In this document: in pieces, positions 26,265-37,300 of the stretch
How positions within the stretch are numbered: position 1 is the stretch's first letter
Layout: every line of letters starts with the position of its first letter
Made by a program: the position numbers and the translations under genes
Notes under the pieces: model-generated
What the model saw: the letters and a program-made list of their open reading frames with translations, nothing else
Databases searched by the model: none
What the model was told of the DNA's origin: nothing
From: Kiritimatiellia bacterium
Lineage (GTDB): Bacteria > Verrucomicrobiota > Kiritimatiellia > PWTM01
Assembly (NCBI GenBank): GCA_026417735.1
Contig: JAOACR010000014.1
Coordinates: forward strand, 70,829 to 134,828
Direction of reading: 5' to 3'
Length of the DNA stretch: 64,000 nucleotides

Positions 26265-28832
26265 TCAGGTGGGCGCCCGCGGGAGCACGTCGCCCAGCGT
26301 GCGAAGCAGCGTATCGGGCAGGTACGGTTTGCGCAGTATTGCGTCGGCCAGCGCCCAGCGTACCGGGTCCTCTTCCGGCACGATCTCATGCCCGCTGGTC
26401 AGCACAATTCGCATGTCGGGGCAGCAGCGACGAACGGCGGCGGCCAGATCCAATCCATGGCCATCGGGCAACAGCACGTCGGAGAGGAGAACCGCGAAAC
26501 GCTCACAGCCCTGCTCGAGCACCCGTCGCGCCGCGGCGAGGCTGCCGACCGCGGTCACGCGGTAGTTGCCCGCAGTCAGAACCCTCGTCGCAAGAGCCCG
26601 CAGACACTCCTCATCCTCCACCACCAACACCTCGTGGCCCGCTCCTTCTCCGGCGGATTGCCCGCCCTCGGCCACCTCGTCAGCCGCCGGTCGCCCGTTC
26701 CCCGCCGAACTGACCGGCAGATAGATCCGAAACACTGTTCCGCGCCCAACTTCGCTGGCCACATCGATGAAGCCCTCATGCTGGCGCACCAGACCGTATA
26801 CCACTGAAAGCCCCAGCCCGGTGCCGTCCGAAGCCGGTTTCGTTGTGAAGAACGGCTCAAAAATCCGGGCCAGAACAGCCGGCGGCATGCCGTGCCCTTC
26901 ATCCTCGACCTCCAACAGCACAAACCGGCCCGGACGCGCGCCCTCGACGGCCGGCACCTCCTCCGACCTGAGCTGCACCAGAGCCGTCCGAATGTGCAGC
27001 GCACCGCCCCGCGGCATCGCATCGCGCGCATTGACGGCCAGATTGACCAGAATCTGCTCCAGCTGAGCGGCGTTCCCCCGCACGGAGGGCAGATCGCCCG
27101 GAAGGTCCAACACCAGCCGCACGTGCTCCGGCAGCAGCCGCCCCAGCAACCGCGCAGCTCCCCGGATCACCTCGTTCAGATCCAGCGCCACCATCTCCGG
27201 CTTTTGGCGGCGGCTAAAGAGCAGCAGCTGGCGAGTGAGTTCCGCCGCGCGCCGAGCTGCCTTTTCGATTTCCATGACATCGGCTCGTCGCGGGTCGGAT
27301 TCCGACAGATCGGCCCGCAGCAGCGCGCTGAACCCCAAAATCGCCTGCAACAGATTGTTGAAATCGTGCGCGATGCCGCCCGCGAGCCGGCCGATGCTCT
27401 CCAGCTTGTGCGCCTGAATCAGTTGCTCGCGCAGCTGCATGCGCTCGGTCACATCCTGCTTAATCGCGACAAAGTGCGTGACGCGGCCGCCCGCGTCCGT
27501 CACCGGCGTGATCGTCATTTCCTCTACGCAGATGCCGCCATCCTTCCGACGATTGCGAATCTCGCCAGCCCAGACCCGGCCGGCGCAGATCGTCTCCCAC
27601 ATCCGGTGGTAAAACTCCGCGTCGTGTTCACCGGATTTCAGAATCGCTGGCGTGCGGTCAATCAGTTCGTCCGCGGAGTAGCCCGACATGCGGCACATGG
27701 CCGCGTTGACCCAGAGAATACGTCCTCGCGCATCGGTAATCATCACGCCGCTGGCGGCGGTGGCCAGTGCGGTCCGTTGCAGCGCGGATTGCTCCTCCAC
27801 GCGCTGACGATGAATCGCCTGGGCGAGGATCTCCGCGCCCACCCGCAAGGCCATCTGCTCCGCGGGCAGCCAGATCCGCTCGCTCAGACAGTCGTCAAAT
27901 CCCAAAAATCCCCACCATTTGCCCTCCACGTGCACGGGCGTGACATGGATCGACCGGATCCCCTGCCGCTGCAGCAGCGGCCGCTCGCTCGGCGGTAGCA
28001 GCGCGACCGGCCCACTGATCGGCTCACCCGCTTCCAGCCTCTCGACCCACCGCTGGAAACCGGCGGCGCCCATATCCAGCTTCTGTAGTTCGGCGTTGTG
28101 GATCTGCGGCTCAATGCCCTCCGCCACCCACTCGAATAGCTGGCTTGTCAGCAACCGCCCGCGCTCGTCCCGCCAAACGTCAAACAGGTACGTGCGGCTG
28201 GCCTTCGCGGCGCGCCCCATGCGTTCGAGGAACTCGTTCATATGCGGCCGCCAGTCCACGTCGCGCAGAAACACGGCGGCGCACGCCGCAGCCGCCTCGA
28301 GCAGCGCATCGCGGCTGTCGCGTTCTTCCGCCAGCAGATGTGGCAGGATCGCCACGCTGATCGCATCGTTCACCGCGCACAGTCGCGCGCAGTGCACCGG
28401 CTCCAGTGCTGGTTCCCCTTCGTACGATTGCACCACCAGCACACCGTAACACTCGGACTGCCGCCGCAGCGGAATTCCGCACCACACTGCGGGCCGAACC
28501 GCCGGCAGCTCGAAGTGACCGGCGGCCGCCGCCTCCGTCAGCGCACGCGCATCCCCGACCCAGGGACGGCCCGTCCGCAGCACCTGTTCCACAGGACTCC
28601 GGCCGGATGCGGTGACCGCAGGCACAGGACTCCTTGAATCGCACCAATACACCACGCGGATCATCCCGCTCACCGGGCAGCGGATCGCCAGATGCACATT
28701 CGCCGCCGGCAACACCGAGGCCAGCGCCTCATGCACGCGACGGGCGACCTCCTCGAGGGAGGCCGCATCCGCTCCCGCGTTGCACAGTCGCTGGAACAGA
28801 AGGGTGATCTCGTGGTTGTCGGCCGCCATCAC
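26265..28832 (-). CDS. Hybrid sensor histidine kinase / response regulator (GAF-PAS-HisKA-HATPase-REC), cytoplasmic
   Basis: No TM segments. PAS (VMITDARGRILWVNAAMCRMSGYSADE). DHp (HKLESIGRLAGGIAHDFNNLLQAI). HATPase (GHGM, GTGLGLSVVYG). C-terminal receiver with phospho-acceptor Asp (EVLVVEDEE...VLLSDVLLPDGHG). Confidence 0.85.
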   Translation of the reverse strand: MMAADNHEITLLFQRLCNAGADAASLEEVARRVHEALASVLPAANVHLAIRCPVSGMIRVVYWCDSRSPVPAVTASGRSPVEQVLRTGRPWVGDARALTEAAAAGHFELPAVRPAVWCGIPLRRQSECYGVLVVQSYEGEPALEPVHCARLCAVNDAISVAILPHLLAEERDSRDALLEAAAACAAVFLRDVDWRPHMNEFLERMGRAAKASRTYLFDVWRDERGRLLTSQLFEWVAEGIEPQIHNAELQKLDMGAAGFQRWVERLEAGEPISGPVALLPPSERPLLQRQGIRSIHVTPVHVEGKWWGFLGFDDCLSERIWLPAEQMALRVGAEILAQAIHRQRVEEQSALQRTALATAASGVMITDARGRILWVNAAMCRMSGYSADELIDRTPAILKSGEHDAEFYHRMWETICAGRVWAGEIRNRRKDGGICVEEMTITPVTDAGGRVTHFVAIKQDVTERMQLREQLIQAHKLESIGRLAGGIAHDFNNLLQAILGFSALLRADLSESDPRRADVMEIEKAARRAAELTRQLLLFSRRQKPEMVALDLNEVIRGAARLLGRLLPEHVRLVLDLPGDLPSVRGNAAQLEQILVNLAVNARDAMPRGGALHIRTALVQLRSEEVPAVEGARPGRFVLLEVEDEGHGMPPAVLARIFEPFFTTKPASDGTGLGLSVVYGLVRQHEGFIDVASEVGRGTVFRIYLPVSSAGNGRPAADEVAEGGQSAGEGAGHEVLVVEDEECLRALATRVLTAGNYRVTAVGSLAAARRVLEQGCERFAVLLSDVLLPDGHGLDLAAAVRRCCPDMRIVLTSGHEIVPEEDPVRWALADAILRKPYLPDTLLRTLGDVLPRAPT

Positions 28833-28913
28833 GAGACTTTCATTGCAGCTGGCGCCCTGCAGTTGTCGCGCCCCCTTCTCCCTCCCACCGCAGCTACTTC
28901 GGCGGAGCGGACG

Positions 28914-29690
28914 CTACCACCCCATGCTCGGCTGCCGGGGGCCAATGCGCACCTCTGCACCACCCATGCCGAAATTGTACGGCCATGTGGGTGTCCCGGC
29001 CCCCGTCGGGCGGAATGTCTCGACGCGATGGCGGCAATCCGGCCCCGCCAGCGGTGGCACAACGCCCCACGCCGGCACCCAGTAGACCCACGGCTCGACG
29101 TACCACACCGTCGTGTTGCCGCTCACCAGATAGGGTGGCGCAACGCGTCGCCGTTCGCGCCGGGCGCTCTCCTCCCGCTGCGCCTCCAGCTCCTCGGCCA
29201 GTTCGCGCGAGCGCCGCTCGCGGCGTTGTTCTTCTTCGAGCGCGCGTTGCGCCGCCAGCAGCGGTGCGGCGATGGAGACTCCAGGGTGCGCCTGCGCGAA
29301 CCGGGCCAGTTGCTCGATCTGCTCCGCGGGCGTCAACGCGCGGTACTCCTCGCTCTCGATCAGCGCCCGCAGCTCGCGCTCACCTTGCGCCCGCCGGTGT
29401 CTCCGCTCCGCCTCCTCGCGGCGGCGTGCGAGCAGCTCCGCCTCCCGTTCCGCACGCGCCTGCTCCGCGGTGCGCATCTGAAGGGCAACCACCCGTCCCC
29501 CCCGAAGCTGGACGGTGCCAGAAGGATAGTAGAGAAGCTCGAAGTCCGAGCCGCGGATGTGCCCGCTCGGTGGGCCAAGTTCCGCCAGAACCTGCTCCCG
29601 TGGGTCACCGATGCGGACCGCTGCCCCCGCGCAGCCAGCCGCTGCGCAGAGCGCGACAACCATGGACCGCATCGCGCTCATTCGATTCAC
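28914..29690 (-). CDS. Predicted lipoprotein with an E/R-rich coiled-coil region and a Trp-rich C-terminal tail
   Basis: Signal plus lipobox (MVVALCAAAGC). ~90 aa of charged repeats (REAELLARRREEAERRHRRAQGERELRAL...EEEQRRERRSRELAEELEAQREE). C-terminus VWYVEPWVYWVPAWGVVPP. Sits 3 nt downstream of the AGE-family gene. Confidence 0.6.
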   Translation of the reverse strand: MNRMSAMRSMVVALCAAAGCAGAAVRIGDPREQVLAELGPPSGHIRGSDFELLYYPSGTVQLRGGRVVALQMRTAEQARAEREAELLARRREEAERRHRRAQGERELRALIESEEYRALTPAEQIEQLARFAQAHPGVSIAAPLLAAQRALEEEQRRERRSRELAEELEAQREESARRERRRVAPPYLVSGNTTVWYVEPWVYWVPAWGVVPPLAGPDCRHRVETFRPTGAGTPTWPYNFGMGGAEVRIGPRQPSMGW

Positions 29691-29693
29691 AAT

Positions 29694-31019
29694 CTATGCC
29701 TCCGCGGTCCGTGTGCAAGCGCCGCCGGACTGCGCCGACGCGGACCTCATCACCTCGATGAACTTTAGAAACGCCCGCACATCGTGGTAGTTTGCCTTCC
29801 AGCCGTGGGCGCGCGCGGCACGCGCGGGCCGGCCATCCGCCTCCACCGAATCCCACCATACTCCCGTCTCGGGATCGGTCATCCATTGGTCCGCAAACTC
29901 CCACAGCCGGCGCATCGCCGCCGCCCAGCGCGGATCACGGTCCAGCGCCCAGGCTTCCGTAAGCGCCGCCAGCATCTCCGCCTGTACCCACCAGACCTTC
30001 CGTCGGTCCGTGGCGGGCTGTTCGCCCTCGCCGCGATGGTAAAGCCCCCCGCGCTCCGCATCCCAGCCGCACCGCAGCGCGTGGTCCAGATGTGCCCGAA
30101 AGTGCTCCAACGACAGCGGACGGCCCAGCGCCCGTTCCGCCTCGAGCATCAACCAGCCGAACTCGACGTTGTGACCGTAGGAGAGACCCGCACTGCGCGC
30201 ATCGTCCACGGGGGACCAGTCCGGCTGACGGTGGAAGCAGGCCCGGGCGGGATCGCGCGGGTAGAACACTTCGCGATTGATCCGCAGCACTTCCTCCAAC
30301 GCGTCGCGCACGTCCGCCTCACGCGTTTCCGCGTACAACTCGGTGAAGGCCTCCATCAGGTGCAGGTGGGTGTTCGCGCTCTTCAGTCCGGCCACTTCCG
30401 GCACCCCGGCGGGATCGCGCAGCGGCAGCGGCCGCCAGTCGCGCTCAAAGTGTTCCACCCAACCGCCGTGCCGGCGATCGTACGCTCGCTCGCGCAACAG
30501 CCGGAACCAGGCAAGCGCCCGCTCCAGCGGCTCGCGCCCTCCGCCCGCGCGCGCGTGTTCCACCAGCGCATAGATGCCGAACGCCTGGCCGTACATCATT
30601 TTTCTCGGATTGGTCGGCTGTCCGTCGGCGGCCACCGCCCAATACGCGCCGCCGTGCTCGGCGTCCCAGAACCGCCGCATCAGGTAGCGGTAGCCGGCGG
30701 CCGCGATCGCGCCATAGTCGCGGCGCGCGTCGCTGTAGCCAAGCCGGTGCACCCGCGAAAAGGTCCACACCATCCGGCTCTGCGTCACGAGCATCCGCTC
30801 CGGCGGGCCGCCCCGGGGCGGGTCATCCAACACAAACCCTTCCTGCTCGATCTGTTCGATGTTTCGGCCCCGCGCCGCCCAGTACGGCAGAATACGTTCG
30901 CGCAGATCGCGATCGAGACGCTCCGCCCGTGCCCTCAGCCACTCGATGTCATCCGCACCGCCCACGAGCGCCGCCGCCACGAGAGAGCCGGCCACACACC
31001 GCCAATCACAACACTTCAT
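29694..31019 (-). CDS. N-acylglucosamine 2-epimerase (AGE) superfamily protein with an N-terminal signal peptide
   Basis: AGE-family (alpha/alpha)6 barrel motifs (GGWVEHF, HNVEFGWLMLEAE, WWVQAEML). ATG at 31019 (MKCCDWRCVAGSLVAAALVGGA, signal-like) with GGAGG 11 nt upstream. The ORF is open further to 31094. Confidence 0.8.
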   Translation of the reverse strand: MKCCDWRCVAGSLVAAALVGGADDIEWLRARAERLDRDLRERILPYWAARGRNIEQIEQEGFVLDDPPRGGPPERMLVTQSRMVWTFSRVHRLGYSDARRDYGAIAAAGYRYLMRRFWDAEHGGAYWAVAADGQPTNPRKMMYGQAFGIYALVEHARAGGGREPLERALAWFRLLRERAYDRRHGGWVEHFERDWRPLPLRDPAGVPEVAGLKSANTHLHLMEAFTELYAETREADVRDALEEVLRINREVFYPRDPARACFHRQPDWSPVDDARSAGLSYGHNVEFGWLMLEAERALGRPLSLEHFRAHLDHALRCGWDAERGGLYHRGEGEQPATDRRKVWWVQAEMLAALTEAWALDRDPRWAAAMRRLWEFADQWMTDPETGVWWDSVEADGRPARAARAHGWKANYHDVRAFLKFIEVMRSASAQSGGACTRTAEA

Positions 31020-31499
31020 CTCCTCTTCACCTCCGGCACCTCGCTCCGATGAGTCAGTCTGAGCCGGCCGGTCTGCCCGCGCAACTCCCACCACTGCCGA
31101 ACGCTCTCCAGCGGTCGCCGTCCTCCCCGAGAGCCGGCGCCGGCATCGGTTTCACCGATCGACGTCGCACCCCTGAACGCTCGCGACGCTCGCCGCTCAA
31201 TCGCCCACCATTTCACTACCGCCAGCGCGTCTCTCCACGGCCGTTTTTACAACGGCGACTGCTTCGCACACAGATCGCCCAAGGACCTCCGCACAGCCCG
31301 TCCGCTCATCTCGGGCCGCGGCTCGACCGGCGCCGTGCCGAGACGGACGGCCGAAAGCTCTGCACCGAGCCCACGATCCCATCGGAAGTTTGGCCAAAAG
31401 CCGCCGCCCGTGGCCTCCTCGAGCGCGGAGCGCAGCTTCCCGATGCCAGCGCGGGCACGCACACTCGCCCCGGGCGATGCGCCCAAAACTCGAAACCGG

Positions 31500-32030
31500 T
31501 CATTCGGTCACGAAGACGCCGAACCGGTTGGAGTTGTACCGCCCCGTCGGCAGCGCAATGGCGACGGTGTTCGACGGCACCTGCACAATCGCCTGAAATT
31601 TCGTGACGCCCAGCCGCGGAAAATACCGGCTGGACACGATCACCTGCCGGGCCACCGTCTCACCCGGCGGCAGTTCCAACAACGCCTCTCGTCCCAGCGA
31701 TACCTGGGACACCATCGGAGTCATTGTGTTATCTCTCTGCCCGGTCGGATAGGTCCAGACCAGCACCACCGTCGGCTCCTTCGGCAGCCAGATCGTCTGA
31801 GGGGAAACGTTTTGGATCACAACTTCAAAGGGGATCGGCTCGCCCCGGCGAACGCGGACTTGTTTGGAAGACAGCGCCACGGCGAGCGGCGGGTTCGTGA
31901 CCGTCTCCTCCAGCCGCCCAACCGGCGCGGAAGGGCCGCCGGGCACAGTGGTGGTTGTCGCACAACCCGTCAGGCCAATGCACGTGGCCGCCATTGGGAT
32001 CCATCTCCGCCGCCAGTCGCTCGGTTTCAT
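31500..32030 (-). CDS. Predicted lipoprotein, function unknown
   Basis: The ATG at 32030 gives MKPSDWRRRWIPMAATCIGLTGCATT (lipobox LTGC). ~175 aa mature, beta-rich. Downstream of dnaG. Confidence 0.55.
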   Translation of the reverse strand: MKPSDWRRRWIPMAATCIGLTGCATTTTVPGGPSAPVGRLEETVTNPPLAVALSSKQVRVRRGEPIPFEVVIQNVSPQTIWLPKEPTVVLVWTYPTGQRDNTMTPMVSQVSLGREALLELPPGETVARQVIVSSRYFPRLGVTKFQAIVQVPSNTVAIALPTGRYNSNRFGVFVTE

Positions 32031-32252
32031 GGTGGTGGACCTCTCGCCGCCGAACACGATCTCACCCTGCGCGCTCGAAACTCGCTCGCGTGGCCAAGAG
32101 GCGATTGCGGCGGACACCGAAACCATACGCCCGCCGCCGCGCTTCTGCGAATCGCGGCGCCATTACGGACGCAGAGCGAGGCCCGGCGGCCACCTGTTTT
32201 TCTCCGTCGCCCATGCTGGCGTCAATTCGCTGGTGCCAGCCGGCCCCGCTAC

Positions 32253-34157
32253 TCACTCGATCAGCTCGAGCACTGCGACCGCCCGCTCCCACTTCTCGCG
32301 CAGCCGCCGGATCTGCAGCGTAAGCACCTGCGCCTCCCTGCGAAGCTCCTCCGCACGGGTGCCGTCCGCGACGGCTGCCTGCTGCAGCAGCTCCTGGCGG
32401 CGCCGGCTGAGATGGTTCCGCCAAAGCTGCAACACACACCCTCTGGCGGCCTCGAGCCTCATTTCCGGAGATCGGAGCGCCAGCGCGCGGTCCGACATCT
32501 CCAGCCGGGCAACGAGCCGCTCGAAGTCGGCGTCCTCTCCTCCCGGCGGCCACTCCACGGCGCCCTCGCCCGCGGCCAGCACCCGCTCATACACCCGCCG
32601 CAGCACTGGGTGGCTGATCAGTTCCGGTCGCGCGTAGGTCTGTAGCAGCGGTCGGCACTCGGGGTGGTGCAGCGCGATTTCCACCGTTTGCAGTTCGTCG
32701 TCGGGCGGCGGGGCGGCGGGAGCCGCCTCGGTCTCTTCGGAGACGCCGGGCTCCGCCCGGCCCTCATGGCGACGCCGCCATCCGTCAAACTCGTCGCGCA
32801 TCGCCGCCGGCGTCACCCCCAACAGCTGCGCAATTCGCAGCAACATCTGCTCGCGCATCGCGGGAGAGGCAATCGCGCCAACCAGCTCCATCAATTGGCC
32901 CAGCAATCGCCGCCGTCCTGCGTCACTGCGCAGCTGCCCCCGCCCCGCGGCGACACGCACCACGAAGTCCACCACCGGCATCGCCGCCTCGATCGCGCTG
33001 GTCACCGCCTCCGCGCCGGCCCGCACGATCAGGGAATCCGGGTCCTCCCCCGCCGGCAGCACCGCGACGCGGACCGCCAGGTCCTCCTGCAGCAGTGTCT
33101 TCGCAGTGCGCACCGCCGCCGCCTCCCCCGCCAGATCGGCATCGAGCATCACAACGACCTCATCGGCATAGCGACGCAGCGTGCGCGCGTGGTCCGGCGT
33201 CACCGCGGTTCCCTGCGCGGCGACCGCCACCTCGATGCCGGCCAGCTGGCAGCGCAACGCGTCAATCTGCCCCTCGCACAGCACCGCCCGCCGCGTCTCG
33301 AGAATTCGCCGGCGCGCGAAGTGCAGCGCGTACAGCACCCGTCCCTTCTGAAACAGCGGCGTCTCCGGGCTGTTCAGGTATTTCGCGGGCGACTGGTCGT
33401 CGGGCAGGATTCGGCCGCTGAATGCGATCGGCCGGCCCTGCTCGTCGCAGATCGGGAACATCACGCGCCGGCGGAACCGGTCGCGGAGCCCGTCCTCCGT
33501 CCGCACCGCCAAGCCGGCGGCCTCCAGTAGCTCCGCGCTCCAGCCCGAGCGGGCGCCCCAGCGCAGCAGCGCGTCGCCGTCGCCCGGCGCCCAGCCGATC
33601 CGAAAGCGTCGCGCCGCCTCGCCGTCGAGGCGGCGTTCACGCAGATATCGGCGGGCCGCTTCCGCGTCCGCCGCTTCCGCCAGCGCGGCCTGAAAAAACG
33701 CCGTCGCGGCCTCATGCAGCGCCAGCAGCCTCGCGCGCTGGGAGACCGCCACCCGCTCACGCTCGTCCAGCTCGATCGGCACCCCCGCCCGCCCCGCCAG
33801 CATCCGCACCGCAGCGACAAAATCCAGCCGTTCGTATTCCATCACGAACCGGATCACGTCGCCGCCCGCACCGCATCCAAAGCAGTGATAAATCTGCCGC
33901 GCCGGGTTCACGTGAAACGACGGGGTTTTCTCCTTGTGGAACGGGCACAGCGCCCGGAACGAAGATCCCGCACGATGCAAAGGCAGATAACTGCTGACCA
34001 CGTCTACGATGTCGCATCGCGACCGGATCAGCTCGATCGTTTGTCGGGAAATCGTCGCCACGGTGCCCGCCGAACTCTGCTCAAGTCTGTCCCCGACGGC
34101 CGCCGCCCGCAACCCCGCCGGCCGCCGCCGCGTGCTGCGGGCGCATCGGGCGCGCAC
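32253..34157 (-). CDS. dnaG: DNA primase
   Basis: Zinc-binding domain (CPFHKEKTPSFHVNPARQIYHCFGCGAGGDVIRFVMEYE), TOPRIM (EGQIDALRC, VVVMLDADLAGEAAA). The true start is probably internal to the first ~25 codons of the ORF. Confidence 0.85.
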   Translation of the reverse strand: MRARCARSTRRRPAGLRAAAVGDRLEQSSAGTVATISRQTIELIRSRCDIVDVVSSYLPLHRAGSSFRALCPFHKEKTPSFHVNPARQIYHCFGCGAGGDVIRFVMEYERLDFVAAVRMLAGRAGVPIELDERERVAVSQRARLLALHEAATAFFQAALAEAADAEAARRYLRERRLDGEAARRFRIGWAPGDGDALLRWGARSGWSAELLEAAGLAVRTEDGLRDRFRRRVMFPICDEQGRPIAFSGRILPDDQSPAKYLNSPETPLFQKGRVLYALHFARRRILETRRAVLCEGQIDALRCQLAGIEVAVAAQGTAVTPDHARTLRRYADEVVVMLDADLAGEAAAVRTAKTLLQEDLAVRVAVLPAGEDPDSLIVRAGAEAVTSAIEAAMPVVDFVVRVAAGRGQLRSDAGRRRLLGQLMELVGAIASPAMREQMLLRIAQLLGVTPAAMRDEFDGWRRRHEGRAEPGVSEETEAAPAAPPPDDELQTVEIALHHPECRPLLQTYARPELISHPVLRRVYERVLAAGEGAVEWPPGGEDADFERLVARLEMSDRALALRSPEMRLEAARGCVLQLWRNHLSRRRQELLQQAAVADGTRAEELRREAQVLTLQIRRLREKWERAVAVLELIE

Positions 34158-34237
34158 GGTGGTGAGCGCGGCAGCCGCTGGAGACCGTGCGATGGTGGCA
34201 ATGTCCAGTTCACCGGCTCGGTGGAGGGTGATAGGTC

Positions 34238-34266
34238 TTGACAGCGTACCTGTGCGGCGTTATGCT
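34238..34266 (+). promoter_or_regulatory. Sigma70 promoter for pyruvate carboxylase (-35 TTGACA, 17-nt spacer, -10 TATGCT)
   Basis: ggtcTTGACAgcgtacctgtgcggcgtTATGCTgga; leaves a ~90-nt leader before the ATG at 34363. Divergent from dnaG. Confidence 0.45.
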
Positions 34267-34362
34267 GGAGGACTCAAGAAGGTCCGCAGGACGTGAGCAG
34301 GAGCCTGAACAACTGCATGCAGCCCTCCATTCTCGGAGAGGGTCGGTGCTGATCCGCCCGAT

Positions 34363-37300
34363 ATGAGAAAGATCGAAAAACTGCTGGTGGCGAACCGAAG
34401 CGAGATCGCGATCCGCGTGATTCGCGGTGCGGCGGAGCTGGGCCTTCGGACCGTTGCGATCTACAGCCAGGAGGACCGCTTCGCGCTGCATCGGTTCAAG
34501 GCCGACGAGACCTACCTGATCGGCGAAGGCAAGGGGCCGGTCGGCGCCTACCTCGACATACCGGGCATCGTCGCACTGGCGAAAAAGGTTGGCGCGGACG
34601 CGATCCACCCCGGTTACGGGTTCCTTTCCGAGAATGCCGAGTTCGCGCGGGCGTGCCGCGACGCGGGCATTCTGTTCATCGGTCCGACGCCGGAAATGCT
34701 GGCGACGTTCGGCGACAAGATCGCGGCAAAGCAGATCGCGCAGCAGGTGGGGGTGCCGACGGTACCGGGCACCGACAAGCCGGTGCGTCCGGGTCCGGAG
34801 CTGCGACGGGCGGCGGCGCGGATTGGTTACCCCCTCATCCTGAAGGCCAGTTTCGGCGGAGGCGGACGGGGGATGCGGGTGGTCGAGAAGGCCGCCGACC
34901 TGGAGCCCAAGCTGGAGGAAGCGATGCGCGAGGCCGGCGGGGCGTTTGGCAACCCCGCGGTCTTCATTGAGCGCTACATCCGTCGCGCCCGCCACATCGA
35001 GGTGCAGATCCTCGGCGACGGCCGGGGCGGCATTCGGCATCTCTGGGAGCGCGACTGCTCCGTGCAGCGGCGCCACCAGAAGGTTGTGGAGATCGCGCCG
35101 GCGCCGAACCTCGACCCCGAGCTGCGCCGTCGCATCTGCGAGGCGGCCGTTCGGATGACCCGGGCGGTGAACTACCTGTGCGCGGGCACCGTCGAGTTTC
35201 TCGTGGATGCGGACACCGGCGAGTTCTATTTCATCGAAGTGAACCCGCGCATCCAGGTCGAGCACACCGTCACGGAGATGGTGACCGGCATTGACATCGT
35301 GCGGGCGCAGATCCTGCTGGCGCAGGGGCATGACTTTGACTCGCCCGAGCTCGCGATCCCGCCGCAGGAGGAGATCCGCGCCAACGGCTTCGCCATCCAG
35401 TGCCGCATCACCACGGAGGATCCCGAAAACCGGTTCATTCCGGATTACGGACGTATCTCGACCTATCGCTCGCCGGCCGGCTTCGGCATCCGGCTGGACG
35501 GCGGCACCGCCTACACCGGCGCGGTGATCACGCCCTACTACGACTCGCTGTTGGTGAAAGTGACCGCCTGGGCGCCGACCTTCGCGCAAACGATCCAGCG
35601 GATGAACCGCGCGCTGAGCGAGTTCCGGATCGGCGGCGTGCGCACCAACATCGCGTTCCTGAACCACCTGATTCTGCACCCGACGTTCCAGCGCGGCGAG
35701 GCCACCACCACGTTCATCGACGATACGCCCGAACTCTTCCGCTGGCCGAAGCGGCGCGACAGCGCGTCCCGGCTGCTCGCGTTCCTGGGCGAGGTGATCG
35801 TGAACGGCAACCCGGAGGTGAAGGGGCGCAGCGACGGCCGCGCGCTCCCCACCCCCCGCATTCCGCCCGTGCCCGCGGGTGAGCCGCCGGCGGGCCTGCG
35901 CCAGCAACTCCAGGCGCTCGGTCCCAAGAAATTTGCGGACTGGATCCTCACGCAGCGACGGCTGTTCCTCACCGACACCACCTTCCGCGACGCACACCAG
36001 TCGCTGCTGGCGACGCGGGTCCGCACCCGCGACATGGTCAATATCGCACCGTTCGTCGCGCACCGGCTGTCCGGCCTCTTCAGCCTCGAAATGTGGGGCG
36101 GCGCCACCTTCGACGCCGCGATGCGCTTCCTGAAGGAGGACCCCTTCGAGCGTCTCGCGGAGCTGCGCCGCGCGATTCCGAACATCCCGTTCCAGATGCT
36201 GCTGCGCGCGGGCAACGCGGTCGGCTACACCAACTATCCCGACGACGTCGTGCGTCGCTTCGTGCACGGCGCCGCGGAGCGCGGCATCGACATTTTCCGC
36301 ATCTTCGACTGTCTGAACTGGCTGCCGAACCTCCGGCCGGCGATGGACGCGGTGCTCGAGACCGGCGCGGTCTGCGAGCCGGCGATCTGCTACACCGGCG
36401 ACCTGCTCGACCCCCGGCGCGACAAGTACTCGCTGAAATATTACGTCAAGCTCGCGAAGCAGCTCGAGAAGGCCGGCGCCCACATTCTCGGCATCAAGGA
36501 CATGGCGGGTCTCTGCAAGCCCTACGCGGCGGGCAAACTTGTGAAGGCGCTGCGGGAGGAGATCTCGATCCCGATCCACTTCCACACGCACGACACCGCC
36601 GGCGTGCAGGCGGCGGCCATCCTGCAGGCCGCCGAGGCCGGTGCCAGCATCGCGGACTGCGCGGTCGAGTCCATGAGCGGCTTCACCAGCCAAGTGAACC
36701 TGAACTCGATTGTCGCGGCGTTCCGAAATACGCCGCGCGACACCGGCCTGGATGCGGATGCGCTGAGCGAGTATGCGGCCTACTGGGAGGCGGTACGCGC
36801 GCTCTACTACCCCTTTGAAGCGGGGATGAAATCGAGCACCGCGGAGGTCTACCGCCACGAAATTCCAGGCGGCCAGGTCACCAACCTGCAGGAACAGGCC
36901 CGCAGCCTCGGCCTTGCGGACCGCTGGCCGGAAGTGCTGCGCGCCTACGCGCAAGTGAATGAGCTCTTCGGCGACATCGTCAAGGTCACGCCCACCAGCA
37001 AGGTCGTCGGCGACATGGCGCTGTTCATGGTCGCGAACAACTTGAAGCCAGAAGACGTGCTGGACGAAACGCGGCAACTGTCGTTCCCGGAGTCGGTGGT
37101 CGAACTCTTCGAGGGTAAGCTCGGCCAGCCGGTGGGCGGCTGGCCGAAGAAGCTGCAGCAGATCGTGCTGCGCGGCCGCAAGCCCCTCACCCGCCGGCCC
37201 GGTGAACTGCTGCCCCCGACCGACTTTGAGGCGATCCGACGCGAGCTGGCCGCAAAGCTGCACGAGGAGCCAACCGAAACGGACCTGCTGGCCTATCTCA

